Shown here piece by piece: positions 1 to 12,917 of a stretch of DNA of 64,000 bases. Origin of the DNA: Eledone cirrhosa (Eukaryota); contig OZ024741.1 in assembly GCA_964016885.1 (NCBI GenBank), positions 312,170,001 through 312,234,000 of the forward strand, in the 5' to 3' direction. How positions within the stretch are numbered: position 1 is the first letter of the stretch; the number at the start of each line of letters is the position of its first letter. The notes under the pieces were generated by a model. That model did no database searches. It was not told where the DNA came from and worked only from the letters and a program-made list of their open reading frames with translations. Position numbers and translations under genes: made by a program.

Positions 1-720
1 ATGACGTTAGAAAAGTTTAAAATAGAAATAGATCTTTTGCGATTAAGAGCCAACTCCAACGAAGAAAAATTCAAGTCACTCGACCAACAGATGGACACAG
101 AAATCTCAAAGCACTCTGAAGACCTACTCTACGAAAGAAACCTTAAAACTTTGGAAAGAAAACTGTGAGGATGAAGAACTAACATCCCTCCAGCGATGGG
201 AAAAAACGTCACCTGGTTAAACAACTACGAAATGGACTTCAAAAATGAACAAAATACAGGTAACCCATTTTAAAAACAGACTAAAACTCACACACCACAT
301 GAACAACAAATAACAAAAAAAGTAACAAAATATGCACAACAAATAACAAAAAAAGTAACAAAACGCCCAACATACCCCCAGCAAAACTATAACGATAATT
401 CCAGAACCCATAGATAAAACTATAATCCTACTAACAAAAACCAAAGATCCCCAACACAAGACAGGACCCGATCCACAGATCACAACCCACACACAACCTA
501 TTCCAAAACCGTAGACCCCTGCCCACACATAGCCTGTTACAAAACCGTAGATCCCAACCCACACAAAGGAACAAAATCTACAACCCGGACTATCAACAAA
601 CCGAAACTTCTATACAAGACCACACAACAACAGGGGAAATACCATTAGATATAATAATACCATTGAAAAAACATTCCAGAAACATCATTTTTTAGACCAA
701 GGCTACAGGACCCACGAAAC

Positions 721-3009
721 ATGGTGGCACAAACCGATTTTGAAAAACCGAAAATAATCAACTTTTCAAATACAAACCTTTCAGCCCAACAAGTAAAAAT
801 TCTCTCCAAAGGACTGAAATTCACACCAACTCCACAATACTCTAACCTCAATGAGATAAATAACGATATCTCACACTTATGTAGAAAAGTACGTCTTAAC
901 CGAGGAATTATTTGACAAGGAGAATAACGACGAATCAAGTGTAAGGAATAAAAGCAGCTACAACCCAACAAAAGGTAGAAACAGAGTTCTGGACAAATTT
1001 TGTCACCACATAGCTACTTTCCCATACCATGAACTACCGCAACCTAAACCCAAACCCAACACGAGGCGAAGGGAATGGGAGATTATCCATAAACTAAAAA
1101 AACAATACGGACATTATAATTAAGGAAGCGGACAAGGGAAGTACTGTTGTCATTATGGATGCTGAAAAATATAAAACTTCTATTGTTCTCACTCTTACAA
1201 AATACTAATTACTATGAAAGTGTAAAAAACTACAAGCAATCAAAAATAATGACCAGATTAGACACACTGATTTGTCGATACCAGGAAGACTTAACTACTT
1301 AGAAACGCGATTATTTAACACATTTTGAATACAAAACCACCAACCTTTACAGACTTCCGAAGATCCACAAGTGTAAAATAATTAACGATGCCTGTAAACA
1401 ATCCACCTCAGCCTGCGTGAACACACAATACCCCACAGACCTTAAATTAAGACTAGTTGTAGCGGGCCCACAATGTGAAACACACAGACTGAGCAACTTT
1501 ATAGACATACTAAAACCAATTCTGAAACACATACCAAGCCTTGTAAGAGACGATCTGGACCTCTTAAACCACCTCCCCAAACATGTCAACAACGACACTA
1601 TTATTGTGTCTTTAGATGTAGTGAATCTCTACACAACGATCCCACACCAATACAGACTAGAAGCAATAGGATTATAGCTAGAGAAATATCCCAATGAGAT
1701 ACCTGATAGAATAGAAAAAGGCTTCATCACCGAGGGATTAAAATTCATCTTACAGAACAACTTTTTTTATTTCGATGGCAGTACTTACAAGCAAATATCG
1801 GGGACTGCGATGGGTACAAAAGCCGCTCCAACTTATGCCAACTTAGTCATGGCATACTTAGAAGTCCAGATATATGAACAGTCCAAATCAAAATTCGGAT
1901 TGAACTTCCACAAATATTTATCAGAGAATTGGAAACGCTACTTGGAGGATTGCCTCATTCTTTGGTCCCACACACACGACCAACTTAAGGATTTCAAAAA
2001 CTTAATAAACGGATTCAATAACCACATCCAATTCACAATGGAATACAGCCAAAACCAACTCCCATTTCTGGACATCTTAATCTTAAAAAAAGAAACAAAT
2101 ATTGAAACTGACATACACTACAAACCAAGAGATTCCAAACAATACCTGCTATTCACCTCCAACCATCCAATGCACACGATGACGAACATTCCTTTTAATC
2201 TAGCAAGAAGAATTTTCAAAATTGTCTCCAATTATGAAACGCGAAATAAAAGACTTCAAGAATTAAAGGAAATTCTACTCGAAAGACAGTACCCACCATT
2301 ACTAATAAATAATGGAATAGCAAGGGCTAAAGCAATAGGCATTGATGAATTACGAAAACAGAAACAAATTCAAGGTACGTCCAATATTCTATCATATTTC
2401 TCAACACGGAAGCTTACAACACTATTCACAAGAACATCCCACTACTAAAAAGATCCAAGAATGAAAAAAAGCCCTTGAAGCACACACAATAATCAAAAGC
2501 AAAAGACAACGGAAATCACTGAAAACATTATTCACCAATGCCAAATTACCTACCACAAACCCACAACTAAGTATCAAAAAATGTGGTCGCACTAATTGTG
2601 GAATCTGCACTCACCTCATTGAAGGCAACACGTATACATTTAAATCAGGACAACATTTTACTGTAAAAAATCACTTCACATGCTCATCAAAAAATCTAGT
2701 TTATGCCATTAAATGTAAAGGATGCAATGAAGATTATATAGTCAAACTAACCTCACACTCAGAATCAGAATGACAGTTCATCGCCAACAATTACGAGATC
2801 CAACCACGAGACAGATACCACTAAGCGCACATCTAGACATATGCGCAAGTAATAAGGCACCCAAATTCCATGTTTTCCCATTTTACCTTTGCGCTAACAA
2901 TACAACAGAACAAATACGAATAAATAAGGAAAATATGTTTATTCAAGAATATATATGTCAACACTATAACATGCTAACCATCCAAACAGGCACATACACA
3001 CACACATAA
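721..3009 (+). pseudogene. PLE reverse transcriptase + GIY-YIG endonuclease, multiple stops/frameshifts
   Basis: ORFs 721-915, 1417-1677, 1810-2448 and 2770-3009 form one RT-EN polyprotein. Confidence 0.9.
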
Positions 3010-3993
3010 CACCTGCTACTTTAGAAAATAAAAACCCGAACTAAATAAACCTTAACATACGTTTCCGCTGACAATACAACAGAACAAATACGAATAAGTA
3101 AGGAAAGTATGTTCATTCAAAAATATTCCTACTAAAGGAATCATTTTCCTACACACACGCACACAATATATATATATTCTCTTCATCTTAACATGCTAAC
3201 CATACTGCCACACACATAACACCCATACACACACATAACCCCCCCCCCCCCCACCCACCCACACACACACAACTACCTCCCCCATTTCTACTAATAGAAT
3301 CTCTTTCCTACACACATATTTACAGACACACAAAATATATATATTGGCTCCATCTTAACATACTCCCACACAAACACACACATACATAACCCCCATACAC
3401 ACACACAACTCCCTCCCCTATTTCTACTAATAGAATCATCTTCCAATACACACACACACACACACAAGCACACAAATAAACATACATATATTTACTTTCT
3501 TTATTTCAATAGAAAATCTGAATTCTGACACCCCAGCGAACTAACCATATTCACTGAACCAGAACAATTCTCCTATCCCATTTCTCTTGACCATTATCTT
3601 TTGCTTGTCATAAAATTCTCTAAAACGGCTACAGAATAAATTTCCAAATAAGGACTCGAAATTTAATGAAAAGTTGTTCACGTGACAGCCATAATTTCAT
3701 TTATAACCAATCAAATTACGTTTATTAAAAAAAGCCTTCGTGAGACCCTTTTTTTAAGTAAAAAGAAATTCAAACACCCATATATGGAAAAAAAACCTGA
3801 GCCCCCCCCCCCCCCCCTGTTTGAAGAACTTTGTAACGCGAAGTGGCGCGTAATTTATTATAATTATTGACCAACCAATCAAATTAGTTCTCTAAAAACC
3901 TGGCGTTTCGAGCCACTTTTTTCCCTATAAATCAAATAACATTCAAAGACCAACCAGATGTGAAAAAAACCACAGACCCTCCATCTCAACTCT

Positions 3994-4031
3994 ACTTTTG
4001 AAAAGCAGAGGAACTGCGAAACCGGTAAAGG
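3994..4031 (+). ncRNA. Degenerate minimal hammerhead ribozyme in PLE 3' region
   Basis: ctt-TTGAAAA-GCAG aggaa CTGC-GAAA-CCGG-TA-aag; core has two changes from CUGAAGA. Confidence 0.55.
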
Positions 4032-4170
4032 AACCAAATAAATATATATATTTTTTTTAAAATAAGACTCCAGTTGCATTTTCGATTTCATCTTATTTTC
4101 TTTATACTTTCACTCGTGTAGGACACCTCGGTTATTTTTCATTTTGTAAAAAAAACGACTTCACTTTCTA

Positions 4171-4257
<87 letters not shown>

Positions 4258-4307
4258 CATATCATATTAAAATATAAATATTAATAAAATAGATGTTCTT
4301 TTGATCA

Positions 4308-4370
4308 ATTACATTTTATTATACATATTTCGGATGTACAACAGTACGTCCTCATCAGACAAAATATAAT
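4308..4370 (-). ncRNA. Type I hammerhead ribozyme (left arm)
   Basis: Reverse complement of 4454-4516. Confidence 0.85.
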
Positions 4371-4453
4371 GATACATGACATACCCTGTTAAATGGTTAA
4401 AATTTAAACAAGGTAATCTTAACCATTTAACATCTCAGGGAATGTCATGTATC

Positions 4454-4516
4454 ATTATATTTTGTCTGATGAGGACGTACTGTTGTACATCCGAAATATG
4501 TATAATAAAATGTAAT
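4454..4516 (+). ncRNA. Type I hammerhead ribozyme (right arm)
   Basis: ATTATATTTTGT-CTGATGA-GGACGTAC tgtt GTACATCC-GAAA-TATGTA-TA-ATAAAATGTAAT: 12-bp stem I (2 GU), intact core. Confidence 0.85.
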
Positions 4517-4649
4517 TGATGAAAAGAACATATATTTTATTAATATTTATATTTTAATATTAATAACCCCGGAAAATTATTTTTCGTAGAGTGCTTCCAA
4601 CTACTGTAAAACTCATTCTTTGACATAATCTTTGAATATCGTTTAACAC

Positions 4650-4801
<152 letters not shown>

Positions 4802-5014
4802 TATAGAACTATTAGAACTATTTCATTCAAATGTAATCATCAGGAAAGCCGTTTTCAGATGATTTCTTTGGATGAAACTATTCTAGTCCTGTAGAAACGA
4901 TTTCTAAATTTAACATCATATGTACACACACACAAACACACACACACACACACACACATACACACACACATACACACACACACACGCATGCAAACACACA
5001 CATATATATATATT

Positions 5015-5048
<34 letters not shown>

Positions 5049-5098
5049 TATGTGTGTGTGTATGTGTGTAGTAAATACGTAACAAATTTTTGATATAC

Positions 5099-5230
5099 CT
5101 TGGCAATTGTCACCAACATAACCTGCAGAACATCTATCTGAACATGTTCCATTTCGCTTATCACAGTTACATTTGTCGAGACAATGGCATTTCCTTGTAC
5201 AATTAACACCAAAGTTTCCTTTTCAGCATT
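5099..5230 (-). pseudogene. Laminin-type EGF exon (MEGF10/SCARF-like), in-frame TGA
   Basis: tttcag|132 nt|gtatat; EC*KGNFGVNCTRKCHCLDKCNCDKRNGTCSDRCSAGYVGDNCQ. Confidence 0.85.
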
Positions 5231-5382
5231 CTGAAATATATATGAGATATATTAAACATCATATTTACACACACACACACAAACGCATGCACGTACCCCC
5301 CCCCCCTACACACGCATATATATATATATATGTATTGTGTATATATTAATTATTGTAATTACGTAACAAGTGTATGATATAC

Positions 5383-5514
5383 CTTGGCAATTGTCACCAA
5401 TATAATCTCCAGAACATCCATCTGAACATATTCCTTATCGCTTCTCACAGTTACTATTGTTGAGACAATGGCATGTCCAATTACAAGCAACACCAAACTT
5501 TCCTACTTGGCATT
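5383..5514 (-). pseudogene. Laminin-type EGF exon, in-frame TAA
   Basis: tttcag|132 nt|gtatat; ECQVGKFGVACNWTCHCLNNSNCEKR*GICSDGCSGDYIGDNCQ. Confidence 0.85.
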
Positions 5515-5617
5515 CTGAAAATATCAATATATATGATAATGTTGAAGATATCATTAATTACATACAGGTTTATTTCTTATAATCATGTTAGTAAAATAAG
5601 TTCGATTACTTTGAATA

Positions 5618-5805
5618 AATAATTGTTTCTACTTTTAGCACAAGGCCAGCAATTACTCAGTACATTACTGGTACTTTATTTTATCGACCCCGTAAGGATG
5701 AAAGGCAAAGTTAACCTCGGCGGGATTTGAACTCAGAATGGCAAGGGCAGTAACTCTATGCGTCAAAGCATGGCGTCCAACTCGCTACCGATACTGCCAA
5801 TTCAC
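5618..5805 (-). mobile_element. tRNA-derived SINE (octopod-type)
   Basis: Reverse complement of 63082-63279; A-box TGGCAGTATCGG, B-box GTTCAAATCC. Confidence 0.9.
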
Positions 5806-6356
5806 AAATAAATAATGAATGATTATTACATAATTTATGTGCTAAAAACATAAATAATTTAAAATTGACTTCTTTTCAAATTTTCATTCACATTTCTACA
5901 CTTCCTGTATAGCGTCGTCACCACCACTTCAGCTAGCATATATATATAGAAAGAGAGAGTGTGTGATGAGAGAGATAGAGAGATTATGATTTTCTACATG
6001 CTGACGCGTATGAGTGTGCACATTCAAACATCTATATGTATGATGAGTATATAATAATTGTGAGTATATAATTATAATTGCGCAAACACAAACTTATGAA
6101 AAATACACGCTCACATGCATTCACACAAATACACATACATTCACACAAACATACATACATTTACAGACACATTCACACATATACATTTACACCAACACAC
6201 ACATACAATCATGATAACAGCGTTCGGTGAATTGGAAATGGGAGGGTAAAACAGGTATAACGTTTTGTTTATTCATTAACACTTTACTTATTTATCAACT
6301 CTTTTTTTTTAACTCATTTAATATAATGTTTACAGAACGAAAACACTAACAAATAC

Positions 6357-6738
6357 AATTGTTTCTACTTTTGGCACAAGGCCAGCAATTATACCAGTGT
6401 ATTACTGGTACTTTATTTTATCGACGCCGTAAGGATGAAAGAGAAAGTTAACCTCGGTGGGATTTGGACACATATCGTAAAGGGCCGTAACTCTATGCTG
6501 CAAAGCATGGCATGCGACCCTCTACCGACACTGCCAATCGACAACCCTTTGAATAATTGTTTCTACTTTTGGCACAAGGCCAGCAATTATCCCAGTGCAT
6601 TACTGGTACTTTATTTTATCGACACCGTAAGGATGAAAGGCAAAGTTAACCTCGGCGCGATTTGAACTCAGACCGTAAAGGGACGTAACTATGATGGAAA
6701 GCATGGCGTCCGACCCTCTACCGATACTGCCAATTCAA
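6357..6738 (-). mobile_element. Two tandem copies of the same SINE (6357-6541, 6553-6738)
   Basis: Shared core tttatcgac..gtaaggatgaaag..aaagttaacctcgg. Confidence 0.9.
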
Positions 6739-6749
6739 TATAATATATA

Positions 6750-7330
6750 CAAAGAAAAGGGAAAGGAAAAAAAGAAAGAGTAAAATTACACAAGCACGTA
6801 ATGCACACATCTTAGACCACATAGAACAAAATGCAGGCGAAAGAGTAGCAAACGTGCCGCTACCAGACCAAAAATTAGCATTATAGCGAGGAGCACTGGG
6901 AAACCTCTCTAATAATTTTTGAGGCAGGCCAGTACGCTCGCAGCGTTACCTGAAGTGATGGAGACGCTGAGGTGCTGGAACATACAAGTGCTCTCACGAG
7001 CATCACCAGTTACTTCTATTTGGCGAGCCGCCAGTGAAGATAAGAATTTCGCTGTCAGTAGCCAGACTCACCCAAATCTCGAACGCCACAGGCTCTATAA
7101 TGTAGTTAGCTGACAGAACACGGTATTTTAGGGTTTTGTTCCGTTCAGCTGCGGATGCAGTAGCTTTGGCCCTTACCACTGCATCCAGTATGTGGGAAGA
7201 AGCAAAAGAGTCACTAACTGTGACGTCCCAGGTAAGGCACCTGGTCCGAGACCAGGAGCACAGAGTAAGACCATCAATTCCCATCAATTCAGGACAACCC
7301 AGATGGTTCCAAAATTGAGGGGATGCTGCC
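6750..7330 (-). mobile_element. 3' fragment of CRE-type non-LTR retrotransposon (restriction-like endonuclease)
   Basis: DGLTLCSWSRTRCLTWDVTVSDSFASSH..AAERNKTLKY..EPVAFE matches the PD..D..K RLE domain of CRE-like elements. Confidence 0.75.
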
Positions 7331-7419
7331 GTGTCAAAGATTTAAAGTGGTAATAGGACAGTGTGTGTATATGCGCGCGCGCGTGATTTTGTCGTTCTTA
7401 AATTAGAGAGACAGGTGTG

Positions 7420-7618
7420 TATGTCACTGTTTTTAAGTGACCCAGAGGTAGAACCTGAGCAAGATAGTTGGATAACATCCATGAGCTTGGCTGGTCACGC
7501 TTTGGGATCCAGCTGGATCGGTTAGAGATGTTTACTACTGACAGCTTCGCTGGAAGGAGTGTTTGAGAAGGACTCTTCCCCCACGACCCTCTCAGAAATA
7601 AGTGGGTGAAGAAGAAGA
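7420..7618 (+). mobile_element. 3' end of RTE-type LINE with short (GAA)n tail
   Basis: Homologous to 48440-48600 (aacatccatgagct..gggatccagctggatc..gactctt..gaagaagaag). Confidence 0.65.
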
Positions 7619-7679
7619 TATTGTCAATTTACTTTTCAATTTACGTATATCTATATGCATATATATTTGCGTATAATAC

Positions 7680-7738
7680 CAATATGCACACTACACGTGC
7701 TAGCAGAAAACCGCACGTGGGGCGGTTTTACTGTTGGT
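7680..7738 (+). mobile_element. Diverged Helitron 3' terminus
   Basis: gctagcagaaaaccgc..gcggtttttactg resembles termini at 51866-51903 and 60875-60911. Confidence 0.55.
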
Positions 7739-8272
7739 ATATATAATGTTAGTATTAATATTATAGTTATAATATTAATGGTATACTGATTCACTGAATT
7801 ATCTAAACTATCGGAAAAACTACAGTAATTTCCCCTGCGAAACAAAACAGGTCGAAAGCAAAAATAAATCCCCATGTAACGTTGATTCACAGAGACTTAG
7901 GAATATTTAGGTTTTTAAAATTACTGAGTATCAAGTCACGGTGTGGTAGCATGTTGTTTACTAATAAAACAGTTCACTTATATCATTTTGTTAACTGAAA
8001 ATTAAATTTTACAAATTGTACTTTCCTCACATGCATTTTTATTTTACAACTATTTAGTGTTTATTTCTATGTTATATATGTTATGCTAATAAACAATGGC
8101 AAGCATATCTACGGCTGGGGAGATGGTAATGCCTTATATTTGGGGTGTCGTCTCAACCGGCGTATATAGCCCTACACCTGAATTACACCTCAGAATTTGA
8201 TGGGTCGACCTATGCAGCGGATCAACTTTTACACCTGCCTACACGATATATATATATAAATGTATCTATCTA

Positions 8273-8328
<56 letters not shown>

Positions 8329-8412
8329 TGTAGATATGTGTACGTGTGTGTGTGTGGGGGGGGGGGTCTGTATGTGTGTGTATAGTAAGTACGTAACAAT
8401 TTTATGAGATAC

Positions 8413-8547
8413 CTTCTTGGTAATCGAGACCAATATAACCTGCAGAACATCCCTCTGAACATGTTCCATTTCGCTTGTTACAGTTAATGTTGTTGATACA
8501 ATGGCATGTCCCATTACAAGCATGACCAAACTTTCCTACTCGGCATT
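8413..8547 (-). CDS. Laminin-type EGF exon, open frame, last Cys replaced by Tyr
   Basis: ttttag|135 nt|gtatct; ECRVGKFGHACNGTCHCINNINCNKRNGTCSEGCSAGYIGLDYQE. Confidence 0.7.
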
Positions 8548-8875
8548 CTAAAAATATCAATATATATGATAATGTTGAAGATATCATTAATTACATACAG
8601 ATATCAATGATACAAATTTATACAAAATGTTAAGATTAAATTGGTCTTGTGATAAACAAATGAACTTGTATATTTATTGAATATTATATCGATCCTCTGT
8701 GAAAATATACATGGATTTTAATTTCAGTTAAATGCAATGTTAAAAAACATTATGAAAGAAACAAACAATATTATGAGTAAAATAACATATATAATCCTTC
8801 CAAATCTTACCATATTCTAACTGTTCCTACGATATGTATTTGCGACATTCTTACGTTTAAATACATACACACACA

Positions 8876-8934
<59 letters not shown>

Positions 8935-9248
8935 TTATATATATATATATATATAATATATAGTGTATATATATAAATGCATAAATACATACATACATAC
9001 ATAAATACATACATACATATATACATACATACATACATACATACATACATACATACATACATACATGGTGGCTGCCAACTCGTTTTCGAGTACGGCCACT
9101 ACTTTATATCCATGCAGGAGAACCCCTACCGATGCGTTGAACGAGTGTGACTTTTTAGTCCAGCCAGCGACTTGAAAACTCTGGTACAAACACTACACTT
9201 GTGACAATTATACATACATACATACATACATACATACATACATACATA

Positions 9249-11598
9249 CAAGTGTTCAAGGGAGATACACTTATAACAGAAGGGTTGGCATTAGCACAAA
9301 CAATACTGGTCCCCAAGAACAAATACACCCACTTGGCAAAAAACAACGACCCATTGCATGCCAGAACCTGATGTATAAGGTGTATACAGCCTGCCTGAAC
9401 CCATTCCTCCAAGATCCCTGTGAAAATAATCACATCATCGCAGATGAACAAGCAGCTGGAAATAAAGCGGCTTTGGGTGTGATGTACAATTCTTAATCAA
9501 CAAAACTGCGATGTAGGAGGTGGGATAACTTAGGAGGAATATGGCTACAGTCTGGCTGGACTACAGGAAAGCTTTCGATTATGCTCCTTCTTCTTGGGCT
9601 ACTATTTGATAGTTTAAGACAGAGAAGGAGGACTCTATTTTCACTGATAAAATAGAATATCACAAAGATTATATTTCAAAGAGACAGTCTCTCTGTGATA
9701 TTATTTATCCTTTCATTAAACCCTTTAACTTTTCTGCTCAAGAAATATGAATGATACATCATTTGCTCACAGGAAGCCAGAAATACGAGCCTAACCCATA
9801 ATTTCTTTGTGGGTGGTCTGAAACAGTATGCCAAGAAAATAGATGGGATGAAGAAAAATCTAGACCTGGTTACAACGTTCTCAAAGGATATAGGAATGGA
9901 GTTTGGTCAAGATAAATGTTCATATATGACTGTAAAGTATGGAAAAACAACAACCCTATCTAACAACATTGACATCAATGGCTTAACTGTTTCACCGATA
10001 TGTGATGAGGACTGTTACAGATACCCGGGGATAGATGATAACATATCCTATAAGGGTATCTGTAATAAGGAACGTGTAACCAGGGAATATTACACCCGAT
10101 TAAGAAACATATGGTCATCGGAACTCTCTGCGCACAATAAACCAATGGCTCACAATGAGTTTGCTGTGCCTGTCCTAACACCAACGTTTGGAGTACTCAA
10201 TTGGACAATAGACGAAATCCGAGCAATTGATGTTACGAAAAATATTCGAAAAATACTAAACAACACTGGACTCTTCCACATCAATAGTGACATAGATCGC
10301 CTTTACTTGAAACGTAAGCAGGGAGGCAGAGGCCTAACACCAGTCCAGACACCATTTGAATGTCGCATCATATCCCTCCGACAACATCTACCAACCTCAA
10401 AGCGTAGGAGCCCGTCTCTCCAGCAAGTCTATCTGCATGAAACAGATAAGATCATGAGAGTTGGGAAGGATCTCCTCGAAATATATTCCCTGTGTGATAA
10501 TCAAAAACTCACACCCAGGGAAGTCGCTAAGCAGTATCGCAGTGAATCCATGGGTGAAGATTTGCATGCTTACCAGCAAAAAATCATGAATGGATATGTT
10601 GCCAGGAAGCTCCAGAAGGAGAGTAATATAGATAAACAAAGTAGACTATCTTGGACCAATAACCGCTATATTGGCTACCATTTTGAAGAATACACTTTTG
10701 CAATCCAAGAACAGGAAATCAACACGAAAAGAGATAGGGATGCAGGCAAAACACCTAGATGTGATAAGAAGTACAGACTCTGCAGAATTAATATCGAAAA
10801 TATCACCCATCTCATAAGCAGCTGTCCAAATATGTCATCGCGGTACTATCTAGCTATGAGGCATGATGTAGTGGCCAAAGCACTGTACAATGCAATGCGT
10901 AGAAAAGATAGCCCCGATAATAAACACATCAAAAACTACACACAATGTGGAAGACATACATATACATAATATGAAAGAGTACTGGTGGAATGTTCCTGTA
11001 AAAACCCCAATAAAATGCAGGTATAACAGACCAGATATAATGATAAGGGACAGGGAAAAGAAGGCAAGCACAGTAGTGGAAGTTAGCTGCCCAACAGATG
11101 CCAATATAATATCAAAAATTAGCAAAAAGGAGAATGCAGAACTAATGAGAAATCTGCTGATACTCCACCCTGATTATACCTTCAGATGAATGCCTCTGAT
11201 TATTGGGGCACTGGGGTATGTTAGTAACTGCCGCAATACAAATCTTGAGAAGCTTGGCTTCACAGGAACAGAAATAACACAACTAGTTAGGAAATTATAA
11301 GTACAATCCATTAAAGGAACAGTAAAAATATGTAAAACATTCCAAAACCTTTGTATCTAATTACTGCATATACGCATGTACAGATACAAAGCGTATACAC
11401 ATGCACACACATACAACTCAAAACATAGACATCCACTCATACAATAATACCCATATTTACACATGCATGCATGCAGACATGCAGATATATCTACCTAGTT
11501 GATGTTGTGTAAATTCCAATGAGAGACTCTTGTGACTATGTTAGAAACCACCTCTCTCTCTATTGGCAAATATTTGTGAAATTATAAAACCAGAAGAA
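9249..11598 (+). mobile_element. R4/Dong-clade LINE, 5'-truncated, preceded by (CATA)n
   Basis: RT (WLDYRKAFD, DIGMEFGQDKC, RLYLKRKQGGRGL), CCHC-like RLC..HLISSC..RHD, RLE NRPDIMI..VVEVSCP; 3' end aaaccagaagaa. Confidence 0.9.
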
Positions 11599-11779
11599 CA
11601 TGCATATATATATCTAAACTATAATAAAAGATTAACATATTCTACCAGTTACTACGATATGTAATTGCGACATTCTTACATTTAAATAAACACACACAAA
11701 CACACATAGATATATATATTATATGTAATGTATATATATGAATGCTTACACAAAAACATACATACATACAAACATACAA

Positions 11780-11934
<155 letters not shown>

Positions 11935-12360
11935 GACATAGAGAGAGAGAATATTAAAATGCTGGTTCTAACATAGCTTTATACTTATGAGTATGTGTAG
12001 TTTGGTATATCTAGCAATATGCGATATGTTTAGGTATAATAATAATAAATAAATATAGGGTGTAAATATCACGTTTAATATAGACATAGCTTCTACAGTA
12101 CTAGAATTATTTCATTCAAAAGTAATCATCAGGAAAGCCGTTTACTGGTGATTTATTTGGAAGAAACTATTCTAGTCCAGTAGAAGCGATTTATATATTA
12201 AACATCATATTTACACACACACACTCACATATACACTCAGACCCCCCCCCCCCACACACACACACCCCATACACGCACAGGTACACACAATTATATGTAT
12301 ATTTGCGTGTGTATGTTTGTGTGCGTATAGTATATAGGTAACAAGTTTATGATATAACAC

Positions 12361-12491
12361 TTTGGCAACTCTCACCAAAATAACCTCGATACATCCATCT
12401 GAACATCTTCCACTCCACGCTTCACAGTTATTATTGTCGATACAATGGCATCTCTGAGAACAGGCAAAACCATACCTTCCTAATGGGCATT
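12361..12491 (-). pseudogene. Laminin-type EGF exon with 1-nt deletion
   Basis: ttttag|131 nt|gt; ECPLGRYGFACSQRCHCIDNNNCEAWSGRCSDGCI then frameshifted GYFGESCQ. Confidence 0.85.
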
Positions 12492-12917
12492 CTAAAAATA
12501 TCAATATATATGATAATGTTGAAGATATCATTAATTACATACAGATATCAATGATACAATTATATCAAATTTTAAGATTAAAGTGGTCTTGTGTTAAACA
12601 AATGAACTTGTATATTTATTGAATATTATATTGATCCTCTATAGATGGATTTTTAGTTCATTTAAATGCAATGTTGGAAACATTCTGAAAGAAACAAACA
12701 ATATCATTAATAAAATAACATATATAATCCTTCCAAATCTTACCATATTCTAACAGTGACTACGATATGTAATTGCGAGATTCTTACATTTAAACAAACA
12801 CCCACAAACACACACGCATAGATATATATATATAATATACTGTATATGTATAAATGCATATACATACACATACACACACACATGCACACGTTCATACATA
12901 CATACATACATATACAT

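Larger units (their letters stand above)
1..4170 (+). mobile_element. Penelope-like retroelement (Neptune-type), decayed, 5' end probably outside window; CA-rich 3' UTR/pLTR
   Basis: Collinear ORF pieces: IINFSNTNLS..LSKGLKFTPTP, IIKEADKG, SLDVVNLYTTIP, GTAMGTKAAPTYANL, RYLEDCL, LPFLDI, then CGRTNCGIC linker and GIY-YIG (CSSKNLVYAIKCKGC..QT..RMTVH). Ends at (TA)n. Confidence 0.9.
4264..4560. repeat. ~297-bp near-perfect fold-back element flanked by (TA)n
   Basis: 4264-~4400 is the reverse complement of ~4420-4560. Confidence 0.95.

Noticed and set aside
5224-5226. TGA near the start of the EGF exon as selenocysteine
   Set aside because: Aligns to Arg/Gln/Pro in paralogs, consistent with CGA->TGA decay
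11521-11560. GAGAGA..GAAACC..TCTCTC in R4 3' UTR (also 16794-16833) as a hammerhead
   Set aside because: Both copies share TCTTGTG instead of CUGANGA; more likely a 3' stem-loop
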